Assembly: GCA_011109175.1 (NCBI GenBank) | Contig: RDEW01000029.1 | Span: 220,158-284,157 of the forward strand | Direction of reading: 5' to 3' | DNA from: Dicyema japonicum | Lineage: Eukaryota; Animalia; Dicyemida | Length of the DNA: 64,000 bases | In this document: piece after piece, positions 37,750 to 49,276 of the stretch | How the letters are laid out: the number at the start of each line of letters is the position of its first letter | Numbering within the stretch: the first letter of the stretch is position 1 | Notes under the pieces: model-generated | What the model saw: the letters and a program-made list of their open reading frames with translations, nothing else | Told to the model about the DNA's origin: nothing | Database searches by the model: none | Position numbers and translations under genes: made by a program

Positions 37750-38450
37750 CTTTAATTTTATTGTGAATTGAGCGTTCTGGCTATTTGAGTGAATCTCGCT
37801 CGCCAGCCTGAGAGTAGTAAGGAAATTCGCTCAATGAGCCAGCTCTTTTATCTTTTGTCTCCTTGTGATAAGCGATCCGATACGGTTCAGCAGAATTGGT
37901 GATCTTCCTATGAGTTCTGATCTTTCCACGGCGATTGGCTCAAAGATGAACTATCCACCTAGACATTCGTATTTTTTCTTTAGCGTCTCAGCCTTTTCCA
38001 AGGCAGAGACTGGGGTAGTAGCAGTCATAACAAGGTTGAAGGGAGAGAGGCTGTCCACACAGGTGGCGTCCCAGGCGAGATATCTGACACTTTCCCATGA
38101 GAAGAAAGTTGTTTCGTCAGACCTTTTGTTGGCTGGTGGCAGTCCGAGAGGTTCCAACTGGACCGATAATCCGGCGGCTTCTAGTCCCCGAGGAATAACT
38201 CCGTTGATTGCACTATGTCTTGGACTCCTTCCAGCGCTCTTCTGACTGGTGAGAGCGTGAAAATATTTCGCGTCGATCGTTCCTCCACATCTACAGCGGT
38301 AGATGTCCAAGGCGGACGTAAACTCCAATTCTCTTGGCATCAACATCCAATAGTGTCCCAAGTGAGGTGCATGGAAATGCTGAGCCATGATCACTTTCAT
38401 TCATCGATGCAAAAGCCAGAAGATGCTGGTCTATATATAGTACAACCCAC
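37750..38450 (-). mobile_element. CRE-clade retrotransposon 3' half (zinc knuckle plus restriction-like endonuclease)
   Basis: LGTLLD, CRCGGTIDAKYFHAL, RHSAIN, YLAWDATCVDSL, AETLKKKY. Confidence 0.85.
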
Positions 38451-38569
38451 CCCCAATAAAACCCCGGCTTGGGGCATTCTGTATTCGTGGCACCCTCTAT
38501 AAATGGGGCACTTTTTTGTAAAGTTCATTTTATGATAATAATAAGACCAGAGACCACGGTTACACAAAT

Positions 38570-38720
38570 TAACTAATCACGTGATCCCAGCACGCTCTAG
38601 CAGGGACCTCCTCCCTCGACCCCACACAAGCACGTATCGGTCGAGTGACTGGGTCTTCGCAGTCTCGACGCGTTCCCTGGTTTATTCGTATCAAGGTTTC
38701 AAGTGGCAATGGTGGCTGGA
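38570..38720 (+). repeat. Dispersed LTR-like repeat family C (related segments at about 47775-47940, 6960-7040 and 19620-19670)
   Basis: cacgtgat.ccagcacgctctagcag is shared by 38578 and 47790. ggttcttacgtattaaggattccagaggcat is shared by about 6983 and 47881. Confidence 0.7.
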
Positions 38721-38929
38721 ACTCTCAGTTATTATAGTTTATTTAATTTCCGACCAATAGAATAATAATAAATAAAAATCATCCCTCTTATTGGGGAATT
38801 TTTACTAAATAAAAATTTTATTTATTATTATAAGCGTGCCTTTTTTTTCTAGACATTCTCAACTACCACAAACTCAGATTGTCGAAATTTCAATAAAAAT
38901 GGGATATTAGAAAAATTAAAAAAATCAAA

Positions 38930-40041
38930 TTACTGAATGAGATCGGTGATAATCTTGATCTCGTGTGAGTAGTCATCAAACCGTTCTTTCAACGGTGTCT
39001 CCAATATCATGGGAACATCAGCAAATCTTCCATCATTCATGAGCATTTCAAACCCCCTAATCCCGATCTTTCCATACCCAATATTCTCATGACGGTCAAC
39101 ACGGGAGTTCAGTCCTTCTGGGAATAGAAAATTATTAACAACGCTTAGAATCGTTCAAATGGAAAGCCTTCAGTAATCCAAGTCCCAGAACTCTGTCAAA
39201 CTCATCCATGGTTTTGTGGTACCAGAGTCCGTGGAAATATCGTACCCTTATCCTCAGAACAAAGTAAAACCAGCAGCAAATGCATGACAGGTATCGAAAC
39301 AGATTCCAATCCTAGACTTGTCCTCGATCTGATCAACAATCGCCTTTAACTCGTCAAAGGTTTTTCCGATAGAAGATCCTTGACCGGCAGAGTTCTCCAA
39401 CAGAACAACAACATCTTCGACCTCTCTTATTGCCAAGTTCACACATTCTGCAATCTTCTTCACAGATTCTCCCAAACTCGAAATATTTAGCGTAGACCCT
39501 AAAGTCTCAATAAAGAAAACCAGGGTGGAAGTTGTACATCTTAATTCCTAGTTTTTTACAAATTCTGAGCTCTTCTACAAGACAGGCCTTACTTTTTTCA
39601 AAGACTTCGGGTTTTGGGGACCCGCAGTTCATCAGAAGTGAACCATGAGGAACCATTTTGTCCAATTTAAAGCCTTTCTCCTGAAATTATGTAAATCCTT
39701 TACTTTGCAGAAGGACTTGAAATTCTGGGCATCCTTGTCCGAAATGACCTTTGAGGACCAGGACCGACTTGACTTTAGATACAGGGCAAAGCAGTTAGCT
39801 CCTATTGATAGTGCTTCCAGTACGGCATGTTTAAAAGAGGCTGAGAATCATTACATCGCTTACGACTACAAGAAACGTGGCCTCCTATAAAACGGTGTTT
39901 GGAAGTGAAATTCATTTGAGGGTACTTTTGTAAAACTTTGGACAGATCAGGCAGTGCTTTGCTTTCTAGTTTGTTGGTTTTAACAAATTTTAGTATATTT
40001 TCAGATTCTGTTTCTTTGTTAACTTTTTTCTTGGCGCACAT
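38930..40041 (-). CDS. APN1: AP endonuclease family 2 (endonuclease IV / Apn1)
   Basis: [70 protein letters not shown]. 22-24-nt introns. Confidence 0.93.
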
Positions 40042-40919
40042 CAGGGATTTTATTTTTATTAGAGCTTAAATTTAAATAAAGTATTTAATATAGTTATTTT
40101 ATTAAACATTAGTAGAAATCTCATTTTGGCCACGTGGCACTGTGTGGTACATTGTGGCTACTTGATTGAAGATTTCTCTTCCTTCCCTCTGGTGCGTCAT
40201 TGGATCCACTTACTTAAGAGACACCCAATTTTCGGCCTGCATTCAAAAGGATCCGTTTCTTCAATCCATCAGGAGACTATTTCTCTTTCTGGCAACGAAT
40301 TTTGACACCGACCTCAGTTTCCGGACAATGCCCTCTGGATCATTACGTTTGGATCGGGATCTACTGGAAGGCATCAGGATTAGTTAGTTTGGTTTTACCC
40401 TTGGTCTTTGGAATAATTGAATTAACATGCAAACGTTGTATCCTTAATTAATCGAAATGCTGTTTATATTTTATTAGTTGAGAAAAGTATTCTAAACGTT
40501 TCAAGACCCGACGAAAGGTCATCTGATGATAATCACACTAATCCCACAGGGGCCATGAGAAGTCGGATGTACCTCAGTAAACCAAAGTCAGCTATAATCA
40601 GCCTACTTTACTGAAAACGTTATGAGGGGTGTATTGAAGCTTATAAAACAACTTACATATCTCAATGATTATACTATAGAACCTTGGTGATCATGGAATC
40701 ACAGCATTGAATAGGGTTAGGGTTAACACGATTAGCAAAAACTCTGTTTTGATTATATGGAAGCTCAAACACATCCATCACGTTCCGAACCTGGAAAAAC
40801 AAGAAAGGAACCGAATTAATCAATTTTAATTAGTAATGAACAAAGCTAGTGTCGGGTGCATCGAGTTCGAGTTAGATCATTACGACAGAAAGGTTGACGT
40901 ATAGGGACATAACGTCCTC

Positions 40920-41933
40920 TCTAGCCAAAATAGCGCCAGAAGGAATGATTAATTTGATAATCAAAAAGAAGAAATAAAAACGACATAATTAAAAAAAAGA
41001 AAATAGACGATAATATCAGAAATAGAATCAATTAATCTTGTGAAGCACAAGCAATGAACCTCCCAATTTACCCTCCCCCAAAACAACACCATCCTCCAGT
41101 GCCGTGTTATTCCTAGCTGTGCTCAAATAAAACACAACATTCCTGTACTCAGAAAACTCACTAAAGAGTTAAAACACCCCCAACTGTCTGATATATCTAC
41201 GGACGTCCAAAATGGTGTGAAAGTGGTTAAATTCCGCGACAATTCTCCGCGAATCTGCCAAACGAACAGCAATTCGCAATGTAGGCTGACTTGGGTCCAC
41301 AAAAACCTCGGAATTGTCGCCTAATTCAACGTTCTCCAAAATCGAAGGCGTCGGATCATTCAATCTGTACCCTTCTCCTGACATTGCTGGCGGTTCCCAG
41401 CGTGTGGAATGCCGATCGACGATCTGGAAGTTTATGGAATCAGCAGAACTATCCCCCACTAACTCCTGGGGCACATTTCTACGAAAATAATCACATTCAA
41501 TACCCATTTAGCACACTAGTAAATAAATCTCATGTTTTCTTCGTCAGAATAGGCCCTGAGAACACCAGAGTCATTCAGCGTGAACCCATTCTCCCACAAG
41601 GTCATCACGTGAGTCTACTGTAAAAGTATGTCATACTGGAAGAGTGTTATCCGGCCTGTTTACACTTATGCGTGAACCTGGAGTTCTTCCAAAGTCTGTA
41701 ACTTCATTCTCTTGTTGTTGCGCCCGACTACGGAAAAGTTCCATCATCCGTTCCACGTTTGGCTGTCTGTTATTGCCATTTCCGATTATGTTTATACCGC
41801 TTCCACCCCTATGACCTCCAGCGAAAAATTCTGGGGCTTCTTCATCGTCATTATCCTTATTAAGTGAAGACAATGTGCAGATCCTGGTATTAGATAGAAT
41901 GTACTTGTCTCGTCTGTCACTAGGAGCGGGCAT
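40920..41933 (-). CDS. SEP-UBX p97 adaptor (NSFL1C/p47-UBXN2B family) without an N-terminal UBA domain
   Basis: EFFAGG...SGINI, VPQEL, MSGEGYRL, VDPSQPTLRIAVRLADSRRIVAEFNHFHTILDVR. The 3' end is uncertain. Confidence 0.85.
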
Positions 41934-42104
41934 TGTTTATTGTTTATTTTTAAATTAAATTAATTTTCAGTAAATTCAAATTTTTTATTTAATTTTTTTC
42001 TGCATAAAATCTCGATAGTAATCTTGAATACAACAATTTGTTTATTTTACTCGTTGTCTTTATTTTTATTGATTTATAATTTACCCCCGGTTTCTTCAAA
42101 TTAT

Positions 42105-42240
42105 GGAAACCGGTGACTAACAACAAAGTCACAACCAAAAGCGGACACTTCTAGAGATCCGTCAAGTACATTAGATGCTGCGTAGATCCTGAGAAGAAGT
42201 GGCTGTCTTCTAATCGTCTAGAAGGCTGGAGGCGCAAAGT
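42105..42240 (+). repeat. Dispersed gag-like repeat; homologue at about 63100-63245 on the minus strand
   Basis: cggacacttctagagatccgtcaagta vs cggacgcttccagagatccgtcaggta; gtcgtctagaagg also shared. The 63-kb copy has a Cys/His knuckle-like peptide. Confidence 0.6.
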
Positions 42241-43652
42241 GAGAAGGGCGATTTTGTGAAAATAAGAGTGTTTTTATTTTAATGAAATTATTATTGTCTG
42301 GCGCAGTGTAACGAGTGCCGGGCAGAAAGCTTGATGGCCCCTAGTTAGAATCTCGCTGCTGTACAGTATTTTGGAAGACTTCATGTTTATATATGATTAT
42401 CTACGTCTTTTTTAAAAAAAAAGTTATAATCAATGGAAATTTACTCCTGACTTGACAACATTTAAACTCCTCCTAACCACCAAATTTTACAGAAAATCAC
42501 CAAATAAAATAGCAAGCACCTAACCGTCAACTTAAAAAAATTGTTCATTTTATTTTACTTAAAAAATATCGAGCTAATGTATTTAATATTTTGTAAAAAA
42601 ATATATTCTTTTAGAAGAGTCGACGATATTAATGTGGCGACTAAGAAAGAATGGTATTCGGCTCTTCAAGTAATAATAATAATAATAAAGCCTGGATTGT
42701 TCGATTAAAATGAGGGTCCAGGGTTTTGCTCAACGTCTCCACAGAGGATCAATAGAAAGGACTGGGAAGATAAACTTGACGCTAGCCACTAACAGGCAAA
42801 CCTATAAGTAATTGTTTGGCATGGGAGAGATGGTGGGTCTGTTGGTGACAAATTTATGCAGGTTTCTTCACATGAAAAGCACTTTGGCTTAATTTATTAT
42901 TTTTTGACCCAAGAGTTACAATCTTTGGTAAGGCCAGCACAGGCAGTCATAAGTCCTTCAAAAGGCATCTGACAGACGACTCAGCTGAGGGCTTCCTGGA
43001 TTGTGGATTACTTGCGTAAGGAAATGGCCATTGACCACAGTCCACTTAGTCAATGTTGGCTTGACAAACCCTGTAACAAGACAAACCCCCAGATTACTGA
43101 GATCTTCACCGTTTCCTGACCTTTTTTCCTAGAATTTCAGAAACCGCCATACAAAGACGAAAATATTTTAAAGAAATTATTATTATTAACCCCAGGGTCA
43201 CAATTTTTGATAAGCCTAACACAAACAATCATGAATAATTGATCCAAGAAAGGAACCCAAGAGATAACCTCTGATCGTGGCGACCAAATCCATCTCCAAT
43301 AGTCCATTACAGGCTTCCACTTCCGAAGAGAGGTAGCGAAGTAGGTTCTCCATCTTCATCATACGTCCTGCCGTCGCGGACATTACTTCATCGTCGGCGG
43401 AAGAGTTTTCATAATAGTAATGTTCACCAGTGGATTTGGTCAGGAGGCTTAATAATGAGCAACAATGTCCTACCAAATCAATTTACGCAAATTTTAATTT
43501 TATTCGTATTTATAATATTGATTATAATTATGAGGAGGTTTAAAATTTATAATTGGTATTAAATATTAAAATTAATTCAGAATCGGTTGTTTAATTTTCA
43601 AAAATAAAAAATATTCTAAATAGACTGAAATATATCGAGGATTCCTCTAGTA

Positions 43653-45193
43653 ATGTCAAATGAATCTCCTGAAAAATCAGCACAAATTCCGATAAAGGGG
43701 AGAGTTATCACGGGATTCGGACTGTTCTCATGTTTGTCCGTGTTTCTCACACAGAGGGTCAACGTAAACGTTGTTATCCCCCAGATAGTGTCGATAAACA
43801 ATGCTTCGGGGGTTCTTTGAGAGACTAATGGCTTAGAAAATTCACTGGAGTACGCAAGAGAAGTCACTTGTTTTGATGTCCTTTTACATTGGTTTTTTCT
43901 TCACGCAGATAATCGGGGGGATTTTAGCGGAAAAATATGGGTCAAAGATATTTTTGAGTATGTGTTGCTGTCCTCGATTTGTTGTCTGATATCTCCGCTT
44001 GCCTTAGAGAAATCGGTAAAAACACTGATTGTAATAAGAGTCGTCATGGGAGCTGTTCAAGTAAGTCAGAGATTATTCACCTTTTAGGGAATCTATGTTC
44101 CCTGTGTGGCCGTCATGATCTCCAATTGGTTTCCGCGAAGCAATCAAGCGAGGGCAGCCGGGACGATAATTCCAGGTTTTTGCTTTGGGAGTAACAAGGG
44201 ACCCAATTTGGCACAATTTTGTCGCTGTTCATAACCTCGTCGATCGCGAAAAAGATGCATCTTTGGAGTCTTTCGTTTTACATATTCGGCATTCCAGTGG
44301 AGGTTTTATTTAGGGGGACTTGGACTTGTTTGGCTGATATTCTGGCAGATCTTCATCACGGATGTTCCGAAAAATAACGGCTGGGTGAGTTGGGAGGAGA
44401 AAGAGTTTCTCAAAAATAATATTGGGCAGAAATCAAAGCTTAAAGTAAAGGTGGAAGATCGGTCTTTGATTTAAGGAATTTCCAGTCAAAAAGGCCTTCA
44501 CTTCGGCGCCCATTTTAGCGGTCATCACTGCTCACTTTGCAGCTTTTTGGAATTTTTCTATTATTTTGACGATTATTCCCTCTTTCATGAAAGACATCTT
44601 TCTCATAGAAATCGATGATGTATTCTTAGTTGTAACTCACTCAGCAAACTAGCACGAGTTTTCTGGCCCCTTTGTTCTCTTGGCTTGGGGGGCTTAGTTC
44701 AGGCTTTCTGGCAGACTTTTTAACCCGAAAAGGCATCTTGTCTCAACTCAGTACAAGAAAGCTGTTTAATGTGCTATTTATGTGAAATTTGGTTAGTCCA
44801 TTACGACAGTCCCTTCTGCCTTATTTTTTATGTTTTCTACGTTTATCCCCCCTGAAAAATATCACTGGGGGGTTGTATTAATGTTGATGGCTTCCTATTT
44901 CACTGGAATACAGTTTTGCGTTATTTTCCCGAACATTTCAAGCATTTGTTTCCAATATTGCGGGATCATTTCTGGAATTTCAAACACATTAGCCTCTCTC
45001 TCGGGGATTTCTGCGATTATGATCACCTATGAGATTGTCTCTGATCAGGTCCTGTCTTTAGTTACATTCATAGCACAATGTTCACGAATGGCAGATTTCA
45101 TTCGGGATAATGTTAGCCGTTCAGTTCATAGGATTGGTAGTCTTTGCAATATTTGCTAAAGAAACTGCCCGAACCTGGTCGATTATCGATTAA
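43653..45193 (+). CDS. SLC17-family MFS anion/phosphate transporter (sialin-like)
   Basis: SFYIGFFFTQIIGGILAEKYG, GTQFGTI, WAGLADLHH, ISQEEKEF, FWNFSIILTIIPSFM, GIISGISNTLASLSG, EWQISF. Multiple micro-introns. Confidence 0.88.
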
Positions 45194-45242
45194 AGTTATT
45201 CCTAATTTTGTTTCACTGATCAAAATAAATATGTGTTATATG

Positions 45243-45555
45243 TCTATGCAGTATAAGGGGGACCACCCATTCGAGACGGAAGGCTCTTTCCGCTTGAGTG
45301 ACACCTTTTCAGCCGAGTCACGTGGCGACCACGATAACGTTGCAAGAATATATCTGTCTTTCTCATTACGTTTGACTGGTAAAATAAACCCGAGTTCTAA
45401 GTCTATACAGTATAAGGGAAACTACCCATTCGAGGGAAAAGTTAATGGCTCTTTCAGTCTTTTCGTATGAGTGACACCTTTTCAGGCGAGCCACGTGGGA
45501 CCAAGCTAACGTTGACTATATTTGTATTTCTTCCTATTGACCCTGGTTCTAAGTA
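45243..45555 (+). repeat. Diverged 159-bp tandem duplication between genes
   Basis: tctat.cagtataaggg..c.acccattcgag at 45243 and 45402; gagtgacaccttttcag.cgag.cacgtgg in both units. Confidence 0.85.
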
Positions 45556-45713
45556 AATTAAAGCAAAGCTAAGCTTGATTGCTTTGGGACACCGAAGCAA
45601 CTGGGGCGACCACTAATATGTCAATAACGGAATGTAGATATTAGGAGAAATATTAATTTGTCAACAATATCTAAGATTTGTATAACAACCACAATTTCGT
45701 GAAAATTTCTAAA

Positions 45714-46607
45714 ATGTCAACACTCAGCAGTAAATCTGTAAAGAAGATTTTGCCCAAAAACGATCCCTACTTAAAATTTGCTAAGAAAAAGGGGTTTGAT
45801 CCCGACGACCAACGAGCAAAGAGTCTCTACCAGTTTCAAGTCGGAGAAAAAGAGTCGAAGAAAATTGAAAATCTGAGAATGACCCTTGCCGAGAAAGAGT
45901 TCGAAAGAATAGCCGCTGATAAAAGGGATCATTTGAAGGAGGAACTGGAAGGTATCAAACAAAAAATCTATTACGACTCCGATTATACAGTTCTGACCAC
46001 AAAACACTTTTGTCCAAAGTATAAAAAACTGGAAGACGTTGACATACAGAATGAATTGTTATCCACAGAAACTTTGAAGGTCAAAAAATCCTTTTTTGAA
46101 ACTTTAAGGAGGAAAACGAAAGAAAGGAAACCAAAAGTATTCAACAAGAGTGACATGGATGCTCTATCCATTGTCAATACCCTGAAACAGAAAAGGGAGT
46201 ATCAGGCGAAGAAGAGTGAGAACTTAGCGATCATCCCCGACTACCCGGAACTAACTATAAAAAGGTCCGTTGAGCATGAAAGACTCTCACATACTCCAGT
46301 GAATTATCGCCTGCGTCATAACATAATTGAAAACTCCTCTAAATCAAAGACATCTACTTCCAAGTTTGAAGAACTGGAGGTTGAAGAATCGCCAATGCAG
46401 GAAGAAGTCAAATATGTCTCAGAGAATCCGACAGTGTCTTCATCGACAACGACAATGGATACCACTACTTGCACGTCGACCACCAAAATGCCAGAACCTC
46501 CGAGTACTTTTGCTATAAAGCAGGTTGGTCCCTTAGATTTTTATTTTAGAAATTTATTACTGAGAGAACAAGCACGATTGGATTCACCAATCGAAGGGAA
46601 ATCCTGA
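45714..46607 (+). CDS. Hypothetical K/E-rich protein (about 297 aa) with a Thr-rich segment
   Basis: Uninterrupted 894-bp ORF. No family recognised. Confidence 0.7.
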   Translation: MSTLSSKSVKKILPKNDPYLKFAKKKGFDPDDQRAKSLYQFQVGEKESKKIENLRMTLAEKEFERIAADKRDHLKEELEGIKQKIYYDSDYTVLTTKHFCPKYKKLEDVDIQNELLSTETLKVKKSFFETLRRKTKERKPKVFNKSDMDALSIVNTLKQKREYQAKKSENLAIIPDYPELTIKRSVEHERLSHTPVNYRLRHNIIENSSKSKTSTSKFEELEVEESPMQEEVKYVSENPTVSSSTTTMDTTTCTSTTKMPEPPSTFAIKQVGPLDFYFRNLLLREQARLDSPIEGKS

Positions 46608-46636
46608 GGAACACGTTCAAACCCAAGTCAGCCAGC

Positions 46637-47045
46637 ATGAGTCGAAACAACATTGCAATCATTATTCTAACACTGCTGAGTAATCTTGTGTGTTTATTAA
46701 GGCTTAATTGGACTGGCTGTTCTGCCACGAGTTCTTGTGAAGTCAGCAGATGAGTCTTTTAAAGTCCACAAAGAGATCGCCTTAGATTTCTTGGAGTCTA
46801 ACACGGCCGTGTATATTCAGTTTACTAAGACCATGGCCACTGGATGGTTAGTTTACCAGGACCGGGGAAGTGACAGAAAATTTATAATCGGAGATGACTT
46901 GAAAAAATTGGGAGCTTATGGGTTATTCAGTTATTTGATTAAATCTCCCAACAAGGAGTCGAATGTGTATGAGTTGTATGAAAAGTCCCCAATAAGTAAC
47001 CAATACATATTCGATCAAAACGTGGAAATTCGGTTCCTCTATTAG
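46637..47045 (+). CDS. Small hypothetical protein (about 128 aa) with an N-terminal signal peptide or membrane anchor
   Basis: MSRNNIAIIILTLL/SLIGLAVLPRVLVKSADESF... joined by a 22-nt GT-AG intron at 46680-46701. Confidence 0.7.
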
Positions 47046-47249
47046 AATAACTATAATTAACACAGATTCTTTAGTTGAGTTCATTCATTTATCCGTAGTC
47101 TTACTTGAAGTACTTTATATGAGAGACTTCCTGTTGTAGAAGCAATTGGTGGTGGTAGCATTAAGTCTGGTTTAGTTGCTTGAAAGTTTCTTTTCTGTTC
47201 TGACATCTTCAATTCCTAGGGGCATCATTGGTTCCACTCGTGAGACGCC

Positions 47250-47750
47250 CAATGCATAAACGACATCCAAAAAAGATCTCTCTCTTTTCTACTCCAGTGG
47301 AGGGGTCCCCATAATGGGTTTTTCCTACTCTATACGAATACCTGGAAGGGACCTGTGCCACTCTGACCGAGGATACTGGATAATTTCAGGTATATCCAGG
47401 GTTGTTTAAAAATGAGCAATTAAGTGACCCTCAGTTATTGACGATTGGTAGATCAGTTCGGGAGTTGAATGTTCTCCCATTGATAGAATATTATAAAGTC
47501 TATATTTGGAAAGAAATATGTCCTATTCTGAAAAATGCGATAATCAGCACGCAGAAATACACGCCCTTCAGAACACACAAGAACCACACAAGGAAAGACC
47601 AGTAAAGGGAAAAAATGATCTTTTTTGAAACCATCCTGGCTGCCTCCAGACGCCACGCTAACGAAGGAATGAAGAGACAGAACAGAGAAAGGACAAAAAT
47701 CTTCCAACCAAGTAACCACCGTAAAGATCGAACCAATGGACAATGTCACT
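47250..47750 (-). mobile_element. LINE (CR1/L2-like) RT fragment
   Basis: VSVASGGSQDG and GRVFLRADYRIF resemble the V.SGVPQG and LFADD motifs. Confidence 0.45.
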
Positions 47751-48384
47751 AAGCTCCCTTAATAATAGAATACCAAAGACTGTGCTAACCACGTGATTCC
47801 AGCACGCTCTAGCAGATACCTTAACTTGGGCCGATGCTCCTTCCTCAACCCCACACAGTGCGAATCTTCGTAGTCAAAACGGTTCTTACGTATTAAGGAT
47901 TCCAGAGGCATAAGAAGATAGGGATTTTCCATAAGTAGCAGTCTGGATGTCCCGATCGCGTGAAGCTATGACGATGTCGTCGGCTTAAGTGAGAAAAATA
48001 TCATTTTTGACTTCCGATGTAAGGAGATCAGCCATGAATAGGTTGAGTAACAATTTCTTGCTTTGACTAAGGTCGACCTGCCACATCCCCTGGCGTAGTG
48101 AAGGTTGCCATTAGGCACAGATTATCTCGCATCCAAGGTAATGCGGTTTACATAAGCGACTACTCTGTCCGGGTGAAGGTACTGGAGTAGGCTAAAAGAG
48201 CATGTCTACGATAGTAGTACCTTCTTTCTTTTATCGGATGATTGGCTTGCCAGCAATAGAGGCTGTTTGGGGTTGACCTTGCCTGAGAAATTCATGAACC
48301 GTTAAATCCTTTAAATATTAAAAACATTTTTATTAAATTTAAATTATAATTTTATCATTAAATTATAAATAAATAATATTCTAT

Positions 48385-49276
48385 ATGCAGCAAAACTTAT
48401 CTTCCGCAGTAAAGAATATATTTGTCGTCAGGCATGGAGCCAGGGTTGACTGTTGCTTCGGGAATGACTGGCTAGAAAGGTGTATCACCTCTGGTCAGAA
48501 TTTGGCATTTATTTGCAGAAAAATATTATCGATTTGACCTGAATATGCCTAAATCTCTGAGAATGAGACCCTCTGCGATGTCATCATACAAAAATGACAC
48601 CCCCCTGACTGAGACGGGACAGTATCAGGCTCAACTTTTGGGTTTTAGTGTCAATTATCTCAGGAAATTCTTTTAGCAATATATGCCAAAATCTAACCCA
48701 CGTGTACACTTCATCAGCATTCCGCTGTGTAGAAACCGCTCATTATTTTTTAAAAGGTTTCTTCATTGGCTCTTTAGTGAAGGATATGGAATGAATCTCC
48801 CAATTCGGGTTGAACCCGGAGCTTTCGAATGGTTGATGTACTGGGATGGACGATTCCCCGACTTTATTCCTCCACTCGACCTGAAAATTATGGGATTCAA
48901 CATTGACATGGACTACATGCCTATATTCTCCGTCGAAAACCTAAGGAATCGGCAATCAGAGAATTTCAAGGACTACTACGAACGCTGCTTCTCAGTTTCT
49001 CAGTCATTACTGGAGGATAAGGCTGAAACTGTGGTCATTTTCGCCCACGCTGGGTCAGTTTCAGCGCGTGATCCGCACATGTTCGTCCCAATAACCACCG
49101 ATATCTCAATAGTTAATTACATTACAATTGTTCCAAAATGCGGAATTTATGGGATTGAGAGGAGTAGTGATGGGTTGTGGCTGCTTATGAGTGAATATTT
49201 GAATTAGTTCTTTACTGAGGAGAAGAATGAAAGGACTTCAGATTTCGAAAATCCGTTATATCATGATTTTATGTAG
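48385..49276 (+). CDS. Stand-alone histidine phosphatase of the Sts-1/UBASH3 / ecdysteroid-phosphate phosphatase type
   Basis: IFVVRHGARVD, DLNMPKSL, DTPLTETG, HVYTSSAFRCVETAH, IRVEPGAFEW, VIFAHAGS. No UBA or SH3 domain upstream. Confidence 0.88.

Noticed and set aside
40712-40726. Telomere-like TAGGGTTAGGGTTA
   Set aside because: Only two units, which is expected by chance.
43216-43476. 86-aa ORF as a host gene
   Set aside because: A homologous, stop-interrupted copy exists at about 21230-21400 and an (ATT)n tract lies downstream at about 42670, so a TE remnant is more likely.
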